NCBI GenBank assembly: GCA_048362915.1
Contig: DBFPAR010000021.1
Span: 127,484 to 191,483 of the forward strand
Direction of reading: 5' to 3'
Origin: Collinsella sp.
GTDB lineage: Bacteria > Actinomycetota > Coriobacteriia > Coriobacteriales > Coriobacteriaceae
Length of the DNA: 64,000 nucleotides
Positions within the stretch are counted from its first letter, which is position 1. Each line of letters begins with the position of its first letter. A model generated the notes under the pieces. That model made no database searches and was not told where the DNA came from. It saw only the letters and a program-made list of their open reading frames with translations. The translations under genes and the position numbers were made by a program. This document shows positions 37,797-46,083 of this stretch, piece after piece.

Positions 37797-38304
37797 AATC
37801 TCCCTCCAGCCATTCGGGACGCGATTGATACGAGACATCGACCTTGAGCTCAACGTAGCCGCCCTCGGCGGTACCACCCATAGCCTGCGCAAACGCACCG
37901 ATCACAGGCAACGGCTTGACCTCGCCGGAAACGGACACGGACGAGACACCACCCGCACCGGCCCGGCCAAGCTCGATATCCCACGACAACGGCCCGCCGG
38001 CATGAAAGATCGAAACGTTGGGCACTGCGGCAAGCCGGCGGCGGGTGAACTCCTTAAGATCGTCGTCCTCCGCCGTCGTCGTGGTCATGAGCCGCGCGGT
38101 CTCGGCAGCGGCAGACTCCATGACCGCGCGCGTATAGAGCAAACACACCGGTTGCAGTGCGAGAAGAATGAGCATCAGAAACGTCGGCAGCAAAAAAGCA
38201 GCCTCGACCGTAGACTGCGCCCGGTCCTCGCGCGCGATATCAATACAACGCGATGTCCTTAGCGCCCGCAGCGGCGTCGATAACCGACGTCGAGGCAACG
38301 CCAT
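37768..38304 (-). CDS. TadE family protein (start uncertain)
   Basis: EDRAQSTVEAAFLLP...SAAAETAR. Confidence 0.8.
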   Translation of the reverse strand: MALPRRRLSTPLRALRTSRCIDIAREDRAQSTVEAAFLLPTFLMLILLALQPVCLLYTRAVMESAAAETARLMTTTTAEDDDLKEFTRRRLAAVPNVSIFHAGGPLSWDIELGRAGAGGVSSVSVSGEVKPLPVIGAFAQAMGGTAEGGYVELKVDVSYQSRPEWLEGDYDSWIAAWD

Positions 38305-38458
38305 GGGATGCCGCCCGCTCAACCAGCGCCGCCAAGTGCCCATCGGTGCCAGCACGCCAAAGCCCCGCAATCGCCAGCACGATCGATAACAGCGCCACCG
38401 TGACGATGGCGTATTCGACCGTCGCCTGGGCAGATTCCTCGCGCAGGACGTCATGCAT
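38240..38458 (-). CDS. Flp/TadE-like small pilin
   Basis: EESAQATVEYAIV + TM. Confidence 0.78.
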   Translation of the reverse strand: MHDVLREESAQATVEYAIVTVALLSIVLAIAGLWRAGTDGHLAALVERAASHGVASTSVIDAAAGAKDIALY

Positions 38459-38459
38459 T

Positions 38460-39023
38460 TCACGACCCCTCCTTTGAGCTTATTGTTTGCGGGGCCAGGC
38501 GCACCGCGCGCAGACGACACGAAGCATCGCCAGTATCCGCGGCAACCGTCACCATATCGACCCAGCCGCGCCCATCGCGCACAATGGCGCCCCATACGTT
38601 ACCCTTAATATCGAGATAGCCGCTCAGGGCGAGCTGGGCCGTTGGCACCTCGCGGTAGGCGCGTAACATATCCGCCGCTGCCTCGGTCATCGGTCGGTCC
38701 TCGGACCATGCAAGCCGGACCGCAATCGCGTTGTCCTCAGGCGAATCCGTCGCAGTGCCAGACCGCTTGTCGAGCATCCGCAGAAAGGTTTGCGCCGTGA
38801 CAGCGACATCCGAATCGTCCGCATCTCGCATCTCATCTTTTTGAGACGCCACCGTCGAATCTGAGCCAGAATCGAAGGCGGCCCCAGGACGCTGCTGCCG
38901 CGCGGCGTTTAGCCCCCAAACCGCCACTGCCACCGCCACAACCACACAGGCAAACACCAGCAGTGCGCCGGCAGGCCGCCTACCCTCTACAGGCTGTTGA
39001 TGCCCTCGCTGATAGCGTTCCAT
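38460..39023 (-). CDS. Hypothetical membrane-anchored Tad-locus protein (start uncertain)
   Basis: TM segment then soluble domain (GYLDIKGNVWGAIV). Confidence 0.6.
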   Translation of the reverse strand: MERYQRGHQQPVEGRRPAGALLVFACVVVAVAVAVWGLNAARQQRPGAAFDSGSDSTVASQKDEMRDADDSDVAVTAQTFLRMLDKRSGTATDSPEDNAIAVRLAWSEDRPMTEAAADMLRAYREVPTAQLALSGYLDIKGNVWGAIVRDGRGWVDMVTVAADTGDASCRLRAVRLAPQTISSKEGS

Positions 39024-39220
39024 AGATCTTGGACCTTGCCCTTAAATGCGACAATGGCAATGATGGCGATCACCACGAGCACGCCGACCAAGATGGCGTA
39101 TTCGGTGGTGCCCTGCGCACTCTCCTCCTGCAGTAGCTCCCCGGCATGCTGGCGAGCGCGAATTGACTGGCAAACAGCCCAGCTCCAGATCTTGCCAGCA
39201 ACGTCAGTCATCGTGTTCAT
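38987..39220 (-). CDS. Flp family type IVb major pilin
   Basis: EESAQGTTEYAILVGVLVVIAIIAIVAF (Flp motif E-Y). Confidence 0.88.
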   Translation of the reverse strand: MNTMTDVAGKIWSWAVCQSIRARQHAGELLQEESAQGTTEYAILVGVLVVIAIIAIVAFKGKVQDLWNAISEGINSL

Positions 39221-39230
39221 GTATTCCTCC

Positions 39231-39872
39231 CTACATCATCCCGCCTGCTCCCAGCAGCGGGCCCAATATGGACAGAAGCAACGCCGGCAAGATGAGCGTG
39301 CCGGTGGGAATCAGCAGCTTGACGGGCGCACGCTCAATCTCGCGCTCGACCGCGGCGCGATGAGCCGCACGGATCTCGCGACTTTGAGCGGCCAACGTCT
39401 CGGCAAGTGGGGCACCCAGGGCGAGCGCCTGCCCCACCGTGATGGCAAAGGTCTCGAGCGCTCGCACGTCCAGGTCGCGCGCGGCGGCCAACAACTCGTC
39501 CTCACGCGTGCCCACGCCCACCTGCCACGCCATGCAGGCCCGCTCAAGGCGATGAGCCAGCACTGACCGGCGGTTGGCGCAGAAAATCTCAAGCGCCGCA
39601 TCAAACGAAAGACCGGCCGAAAGGCCCAAGCGCACAACATCGATCATCTCGGACACTTCGCCGAGCGACACTCGCGCCGGGCCGCCCGCTCCAACCGCGC
39701 CCTTCACTCGCGCGGTCAGGGCATCGACCACCGAGCGACCCGCGGCAGCGACCAGCACCGCCTCGCGCTTGCAGGCCCCTGCGATCTTGCGCGCATCCGC
39801 CCGATCCAAACCCGTCGCGACAAATACACTCAGGGCACACAGGCAAGCCACAACTGCAACCAGGGCGCTCAT
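39231..39872 (-). CDS. TadC-like type II secretion system F protein
   Basis: LSAGLSFDAAL, LGAPLAETL, APVKLLIP. Confidence 0.85.
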   Translation of the reverse strand: MSALVAVVACLCALSVFVATGLDRADARKIAGACKREAVLVAAAGRSVVDALTARVKGAVGAGGPARVSLGEVSEMIDVVRLGLSAGLSFDAALEIFCANRRSVLAHRLERACMAWQVGVGTREDELLAAARDLDVRALETFAITVGQALALGAPLAETLAAQSREIRAAHRAAVEREIERAPVKLLIPTGTLILPALLLSILGPLLGAGGMM

Positions 39873-40795
39873 AGCTCCACCCGCATAATGCGCCGGATAA
39901 CCACCAGGGCAACGACGTTGAGGGCTAGACCCAGCACCACAGCGCCCGCACCGGCAGGCGTCGCAAGACCGCGACGAAAATCTGCCGAAAGCAGCGCCAA
40001 CACCGCGCACATGCCCGCCGGCATCGCCGCGACCATATGCGCAGACATGCGAGCCTGCGACGTCTTAACATCCAGGCGGCGCTTGAGCTCAATGCGCTCC
40101 CCCACCATGCTCGACGCCTCGGACAGTAAGTCGGCAAGCGGAGCACCGGTGCGCTGAGACACCTTAAGCGCCAAGGTCACAAGCGAAAGGCCGGGGGCGT
40201 CGATGCGCACGAGCAAGTCATCGAGCGCGTCGGTCGCCGAGATGCCGCAATCGATCGCCGCCGCTACCCGCAAAAACTCGGTATGTACCGGTTCTTGCGC
40301 ATGAGCGCCCACAAAGCGCATGCCCTGGGCCAGCGAATGTCCCGAGGCAAGCGACATGGAAAGTGCGGTAAACGCCTCGGGCATGGCCTCTTCTGCATCG
40401 TGTTGCTCGCGCCGGCTCTCAAAGCCATCCCGAGCGGCGCCAGCGGCAATCGGAGCAACAAGTCCCAAGGCAAACCCGAGGGGCGATAACGACACCATCG
40501 TTAGCAAAACGCAGCAGACACCGCTCGATAGCAGCAGAAACGCCAAACGCTCCGAAGCATCCTCGATCACGAGGCCAAGGCGACGCGCCGGAGCCAGCGA
40601 TGCCCACGAACGGGCAATCTTTTTCAGCAGATCGTTTTCCACCAACTCACGCGGCAGCTTCTCTGCCACCGTCTCGAACGCCTGACGCGCCAGCTCCGCC
40701 GGCGGCACCTGCGGCACACGAGGTTCCGCCCCGCACGCCGTCGCGACAGAAAACCCTGCCAAACCCCCTACGACGAGGGGCACAGCGACCTCCAT
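39869..40795 (-). CDS. TadB-like type II secretion system F protein
   Basis: MPEAF..LASGHSL, QRTGAPLADLL, TSQARMSA. Confidence 0.87.
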   Translation of the reverse strand: MEVAVPLVVGGLAGFSVATACGAEPRVPQVPPAELARQAFETVAEKLPRELVENDLLKKIARSWASLAPARRLGLVIEDASERLAFLLLSSGVCCVLLTMVSLSPLGFALGLVAPIAAGAARDGFESRREQHDAEEAMPEAFTALSMSLASGHSLAQGMRFVGAHAQEPVHTEFLRVAAAIDCGISATDALDDLLVRIDAPGLSLVTLALKVSQRTGAPLADLLSEASSMVGERIELKRRLDVKTSQARMSAHMVAAMPAGMCAVLALLSADFRRGLATPAGAGAVVLGLALNVVALVVIRRIMRVEL

Positions 40796-42096
40796 TCGTC
40801 CACCTCCTCTTGTGTGAGCGTCCCCGACCGCAGGCCTTCTGCGATAAACGGCGGCTCGCGGTCAAGCGTCCAGGTGCGCTCGGCGGCATCGAAAGTCACA
40901 TAGCGCTCGAGCTCTACGCCGCCCGACGCGGCGCGACGCACCCCCGAATACGAGGAGACGAAGCGCCTGCCATCGGCGTGGCGCTCGGACATCACGATGC
41001 CGTCGAGCGCCATGGCAATCTGCTCCTCGATGAGCTCGCTCGGCAGATCGATGCCATAACGTGCAAGCAACGTCAGACGCACCACGGTCTCCTGCTCGGA
41101 ACCCGCATGAAGCGTGGTGAGCGACCCGTCGTGGCCCGTGTTCATGGCCTGCAACATGTCGCAGCACTCGGCACCGCGCACCTCGCCCACCACGATGCGG
41201 TCGGGGCGCATGCGCAGGGCATTGGTCACCAGGTCGCGGATCGTCACCGCGCCCTCGCCCTCAATTGAAGCCTCGCGCGCCTCTAGACGCACCACGTGCG
41301 GATGATGCGCAAACTTGAGCTCGGCAGAGTCCTCGATCGTCACGATGCGCTCGCCGGTGGAAATCTCACATGACAACGCGTTGAGCAGGGTGGTCTTACC
41401 AGATCCCGTGCCTCCCGCAACCGCCAGGTCCTGTCGCAGCGACACCGCGCACGACAACAGCTGCGCATACCAAAGCGGCAGCGACCCCAGCCCCACAAGC
41501 TCGTCCAGCGAGCAGATGCGGTCCGAGAACTTTCGGATGGTGAGAATCGGTCCGTCAATCGCCACAGGCGGAATCACCGCGTTGACGCGATAGCCCGTTT
41601 TGAGGCGGGCGTTGACGATGGGGCTGCGCTCGTCGATACGGCGGCCAAGTGGCGAGATGATACGGTCGATAAGCACACGGATCTGCTCATCATCCTCAAA
41701 CGCATGCTCGATGGGGTGCAAGACGCCGCCGCGTTCAAAGAAAGCCGAGCGGCAGCCGTTAATCATGATCTCGGTAACGGTGTCGTCCTCGATGAGCGGC
41801 TGCAACGGCCCCAAGCCCACCACGTCATCCAAAATCTCGTCAATGATGGTCTCGCGCTCGGACGTCGCGAGATCAGTCGGCTCCTCAACATTGAGCGCCG
41901 CCTCCACCGCGGGACGCAATTCCGAGCGGGCAAGTGCCGGGTCGATATAGGCGCTGATACGCGCCACTTCGTCGTAACCCATGCGGTCCATCACGGCGCG
42001 CTTGGTGCGTCGTTTCACCGCGCGGCGACGCCCCGCATCTACAGGCGCTGCCCCCGCTGCAGCGCCGGCAGCCTTAATCCTCGTTTGCAGGCTCAT
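40768..42096 (-). CDS. Tad pilus ATPase CpaF/TadA
   Basis: [47 protein letters not shown]. Confidence 0.95.
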   Translation of the reverse strand: MSLQTRIKAAGAAAGAAPVDAGRRRAVKRRTKRAVMDRMGYDEVARISAYIDPALARSELRPAVEAALNVEEPTDLATSERETIIDEILDDVVGLGPLQPLIEDDTVTEIMINGCRSAFFERGGVLHPIEHAFEDDEQIRVLIDRIISPLGRRIDERSPIVNARLKTGYRVNAVIPPVAIDGPILTIRKFSDRICSLDELVGLGSLPLWYAQLLSCAVSLRQDLAVAGGTGSGKTTLLNALSCEISTGERIVTIEDSAELKFAHHPHVVRLEAREASIEGEGAVTIRDLVTNALRMRPDRIVVGEVRGAECCDMLQAMNTGHDGSLTTLHAGSEQETVVRLTLLARYGIDLPSELIEEQIAMALDGIVMSERHADGRRFVSSYSGVRRAASGGVELERYVTFDAAERTWTLDREPPFIAEGLRSGTLTQEEVDEWRSLCPSS

Positions 42097-43745
42097 CGCT
42101 GATCACCCTCGCGCGACCAGGGAAGGCGGATACGCGGGCGTTCGGTGCGCGTTGCACGGTCGGCGACCATATCGCTCCAAGGGCCGACGGCGCACCCCAG
42201 TTCCACGAGCATCTCGCGCGTGGCCTCGCGCACGCTGGTCGCAAAAGCGCTGGTCTGCCCCACTGCCTCATCAGCGCGCCCAAACGCCATGAGCGCGGCG
42301 AGATCCTGCCCGCCATCGGCGATACGAATCTTGGAGCTCAACGCACAGGCAATCTCAAAGCGCATGGCGACGTCCTCGTCTGCCCCGCGCGCACCGAACC
42401 GGTTGAACACGGCGCTCATGCGCGTGCGCGGCACACCTACTCGACTTGCCAGTTCAATGACGCGCGACGCCGATGTCGCGGACGACACCGCAGCATCGCC
42501 AACGATCAGGCAACGGTCGCTCGCCGCCACCGCAGCCGCCACGGCGTCGCCCCAAAAGACCGAGGTATCGATAAAGACCACGTCGGATTCGCGACGCAGA
42601 ACATCAAGCAGTAGCTCCACCGGACATGCCATGAGCTCGGCTTGCTCGGGCGCCGCGACGGGACCCCAGAGCGTGACGCCCGGCGCCACGCGCATCGATG
42701 CGGCCACGATATCCGGCTCGGCAAGCGCGCCCGCCACCGACGGCTCGATAAGTGCCGCCATATCGCGCGGAGCATCGACGCCTAACAAGTCGTAAAGGTT
42801 TCCAAACATCAGGTCCAGGTCGAGCACGGCGGCACGCAAGCCCAACAGCGACGATGTGTGTGCCATGGTGGCAATGATCGTCGACTTGCCGCAACCGCCC
42901 GAACCCGAAATGGCGCAGATGACCGGAGCTCGATGCTGCGGAGCGGCAGCGTCTGCCGGCGGCATCGGAGGCGGCGGGGCGGGCGTCGGTGACAGCGTCC
43001 CCGTCTCCCCCGCCGCAACCACACGCTGCGTCCAAGCCGGCATGGCAGCTTGTTCGGTCTGCGAGGCAGGCTCGTTCTGTGCAATCTGCTCATGCTGCAT
43101 CAGCGACAACTCGCCGCACCCGGCAAAGCCCTCAACTTCGTCGAGTTCATCCGCCAGATTCACGCCGTGCACGTATCCCATATCTACAGCCGGGGAGTCG
43201 CCAGCATGCTGCGCCGGCTCTCCAGCGTCATCGTATACAAGGGGGTTCCGGGGGCGCCGACCATGCTCGGCTTCCGCTTTTCCATAATCATCAACACGCG
43301 GGCCTCTTGTAGCGCGAGGCGCCCCGGGTTCCCTATCAACAAAAGCATCGGGCTCAATCGTCATGCACCGATCGGAATCAACCGCTCCCTCGCCCGCGCG
43401 CCCGTTGCCGCATATACTGTGCGCAGCGATGACCTCGGTCGCCCCCGCGCGAAACAGCCCCTCGATATCCGACGGATCGAGCGCTTCTATCAACACGACC
43501 ACGCGACTCACGCGGCCTTCGGCCGTCAGGCGCGCAACAGTCTTGCGCACATCTTCGGTATCAAACAGAGACGCCGCGATGATGGCAGCCCCGCGGCGCG
43601 ACGGAAACGCCCGCGCCATGGAAACCAGCCCGTCCAGGTCACCCACGCGAAGCACCTGTGCACCCGCATCACGGCCCTCGACTTCCTGCTGCAACAGCCC
43701 GTAATCGCCGCACGAGCAGCACGCAAGCCAGATCGCCTTCATCAC
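42093..43745 (-). CDS. CpaE/TadZ-like P-loop protein
   Basis: Receiver-like N-terminus, low-complexity linker, SGSGGCGKST, DLDLMFG. Confidence 0.85.
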   Translation of the reverse strand: MMKAIWLACCSCGDYGLLQQEVEGRDAGAQVLRVGDLDGLVSMARAFPSRRGAAIIAASLFDTEDVRKTVARLTAEGRVSRVVVLIEALDPSDIEGLFRAGATEVIAAHSICGNGRAGEGAVDSDRCMTIEPDAFVDREPGAPRATRGPRVDDYGKAEAEHGRRPRNPLVYDDAGEPAQHAGDSPAVDMGYVHGVNLADELDEVEGFAGCGELSLMQHEQIAQNEPASQTEQAAMPAWTQRVVAAGETGTLSPTPAPPPPMPPADAAAPQHRAPVICAISGSGGCGKSTIIATMAHTSSLLGLRAAVLDLDLMFGNLYDLLGVDAPRDMAALIEPSVAGALAEPDIVAASMRVAPGVTLWGPVAAPEQAELMACPVELLLDVLRRESDVVFIDTSVFWGDAVAAAVAASDRCLIVGDAAVSSATSASRVIELASRVGVPRTRMSAVFNRFGARGADEDVAMRFEIACALSSKIRIADGGQDLAALMAFGRADEAVGQTSAFATSVREATREMLVELGCAVGPWSDMVADRATRTERPRIRLPWSREGDQR

Positions 43746-44416
43746 TCGTCGCCTCCGCTCTTTTTGCCGCGCGCCGTGGCGGGAATCGTCAAGCTGACCG
43801 TTCCTTTGCCCGAGGCTCCCAGCAGTTCCTTGACGTCTTCGGGGTCAGCCGCCAGCGTCACCCATTCGATCTTGCCCTCGCGCGTGGCACCGGAATTCTC
43901 ACTGGTATCGATCACGTGCGCGCCGCACAGTCGATCGGTTACGCCATCTTTTTGCACGTACACGTCCACATAGCTGCCCACGCCCGTGGCACCGCCGACC
44001 GAGTGCTCGGCATCGACCGCCACCGAAACGGCGACCTTGCCCTTAGGCACCTCGAGCTTGTGGCTCTCGGCCTTGGTGTAGACATTGCAGATCACGGCGT
44101 TTTTGGGAATACGCGAAGTCGTCACGTCGCCGCGCACCTGGCGCAGCTCGGTCGCCGCGTCACGCGGCAGCAGGCTCGTCAGCCATTCCTGGGTTATGAC
44201 ATTGGTCTCATCGAGGGTCTCGCCCACATCGATATCGCGCGCCGCGACGCATACCTCGACGCGATCGCCACCGTACTTGGCCAAGGTCTCAGCCTGGACC
44301 TGTTCGGCTTGCGAGCGGATCGACGAGCCGTAAACCATGCAGAGCAGAGCAGCGAGCACGCCCGCGACCAGACTGATGGCGATGCGTTTGCTCTTGTTCA
44401 CGGCCGCTCCTCTCAT
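43742..44416 (-). CDS. Flp pilus assembly protein CpaB/RcpC (SAF domain)
   Basis: N-terminal TM, VAARDIDVGE, VPKGKVAVSV, GSYVDVY. Confidence 0.85.
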   Translation of the reverse strand: MRGAAVNKSKRIAISLVAGVLAALLCMVYGSSIRSQAEQVQAETLAKYGGDRVEVCVAARDIDVGETLDETNVITQEWLTSLLPRDAATELRQVRGDVTTSRIPKNAVICNVYTKAESHKLEVPKGKVAVSVAVDAEHSVGGATGVGSYVDVYVQKDGVTDRLCGAHVIDTSENSGATREGKIEWVTLAADPEDVKELLGASGKGTVSLTIPATARGKKSGGDE

Positions 44417-44600
44417 GGCAGTGCCGGGCGAATGCCCGTACCACCATTGTCTGGGCGGTCAGAGTGCAAAGCGGCGCAATCGCGATCTTGATTTTCGATG
44501 TCAAACCAATCGCTGACCAAAAGCTGACCAGTCCGTCAAGCTCGTGGCAAGGTTTTGGTCAGCACGTCAGCAAACTGCATGTTTCGAGGCTTTTCCGCAG

Positions 44601-44636
44601 CAAAAAAGCCGTCTCCCAAACAGTTGGGAGACGGCT
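44601..44636 (-). terminator. Terminator of rsgA
   Basis: AGCCGTCTCCCAA/TTGGGAGACGGCT hairpin followed by a T-run on the minus strand. Confidence 0.8.
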
Positions 44637-44653
44637 GTCATAGGAAAAATCAA

Positions 44654-45838
44654 TTACAGATGAACATCGGGATCGAGTATTTGAGCGCTCACGCGCATGG
44701 ATGACGCCAGGTTTTGGAACGTTTCCAGCCGCAGGCTGTCGATCTGCCCGGCGTCCTCGGCCTCGCGAACGGCGCAGCCCGGCTCATGGGTATGTGTGCA
44801 ATCGCCAAACCGGCACGCACGCGATGCCTCGACAATCTCGGGGAAGGCGCGCGCCAGACCCCGCTCGTGACCCACGAGCGGTAGACTGCGCAGGCCCGGG
44901 GCATCGGCGATCACGCCGGCGTCGCCCGGCAGCGCCACCATCACGCGCGCGACGGTTGTGTGACGGCCCTGGTCGTCGCGTTCGCGCACACCGCCGGTCG
45001 CCAACGTATCGTGGCCCAGCAGTGCATTGAGCAGCGTCGACTTGCCGGCACCCGACTCGCCCAGAATCATGGCGCAGCTCCCGGCAGGCACGCAGGCACG
45101 GACCTCGTCCAGGCCGCGGCCCTCGGCAGAGGACGTCACGATCACGCGCACGTCCGGACCCACCAGGCGGCGCACGCGGTCCAGATCGCGCTCGAGCTCC
45201 TCGGCATCGCAGCGGTCAGCTTTGGTAAGCACCACCACCGGCTCGGCATCGCAGTCAAGCGCCAACACCAGCGAGCGCGCCACGCGGTCGAGCAGCACCT
45301 CACCGGCACCGAGCGCCTGCACGATTAGCACGCTATCCACGTTGGAGCAGAGCACCTGGCGCTCTCCACGGGCACGGCCGCGCCAACGCTCAAAGCTCGT
45401 ACGGCGCGGCAGCACGCACTCAATCACGCCCATATCGTGCCCGGGAGCGCGGCGCACCGCCACACGGTCGCCCACGGCAGGCAGCAGGACCTCGTCCTCG
45501 CCGCGCGACTTGGCAAACCCCACGGCATGCTCGGCGCGAAAGGTGTCGTCGGCAGTCGCCACCAGCGGAAACCCGCGATCCAAGCGCACCACGGCGCCAA
45601 GCTGCATCTGCTCGGGCTCCTCGGCATGTGCGCAAAAGTCGTCAAATGCCGCCTGCTGAGCTTCATCGACCGGCAGGTCATCGAACGCCGGAACATCCTG
45701 CAGCGCGTCGAGTCCCGGCACGTTTGCCAGCAGCTCCTCGGCAGATGCGGGGGCCTCGGTCGCAAGCTTCCGACGACGATCGCGCTTAGCCCGCGCCCCC
45801 GTCGTCTTTTTCTTCGCCTTCGCCTTAGCCTTGCCCAC
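44654..45838 (-). CDS. rsgA: Ribosome small subunit-dependent GTPase A
   Basis: TKAD, GESGAGKSTLLN, GRHTT, DAPG, CRFGDCTHTHEPGC. Confidence 0.95.
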   Translation of the reverse strand: MGKAKAKAKKKTTGARAKRDRRRKLATEAPASAEELLANVPGLDALQDVPAFDDLPVDEAQQAAFDDFCAHAEEPEQMQLGAVVRLDRGFPLVATADDTFRAEHAVGFAKSRGEDEVLLPAVGDRVAVRRAPGHDMGVIECVLPRRTSFERWRGRARGERQVLCSNVDSVLIVQALGAGEVLLDRVARSLVLALDCDAEPVVVLTKADRCDAEELERDLDRVRRLVGPDVRVIVTSSAEGRGLDEVRACVPAGSCAMILGESGAGKSTLLNALLGHDTLATGGVRERDDQGRHTTVARVMVALPGDAGVIADAPGLRSLPLVGHERGLARAFPEIVEASRACRFGDCTHTHEPGCAVREAEDAGQIDSLRLETFQNLASSMRVSAQILDPDVHL

Positions 45839-45887
45839 AAACGCCTCCCAGCACCACAAATCACAACTGAGCAGGTATTTTACCCAC

Positions 45888-45923
45888 AAAAAAGAGTCGG
45901 TCGAGCAATTGCTCGACCGACTC
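45888..45923 (-). terminator. Terminator downstream of the P-type ATPase
   Basis: Perfect palindrome GAGTCGGTCGAGCAATTGCTCGACCGACTC followed by a T-run. Confidence 0.8.
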
Positions 45924-45943
45924 ACACACTTTCCCTCAGCTTA

Positions 45944-46083
45944 TGGTCCCGAGAGGTTATCCGAAGGCCCGACCGCCGGGAGGGATTTCTTCTGAGCGAT
46001 CCCGCAGCGCGAAGCGCGAGGACCAGCGAAGAAGAAACCCCGCAGGCGGTCGGGCCGGTGGGAAGGATGGCCTTTCGACCTAC
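45944..46083. repeat. About 140-nt imperfect long hairpin (REP-like)
   Basis: GGCCCGACCGCC/GGCGGTCGGGCC, TTTCTTCT/AGAAGAAA, apex GCGC-GAA-GCGC. Confidence 0.6.
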
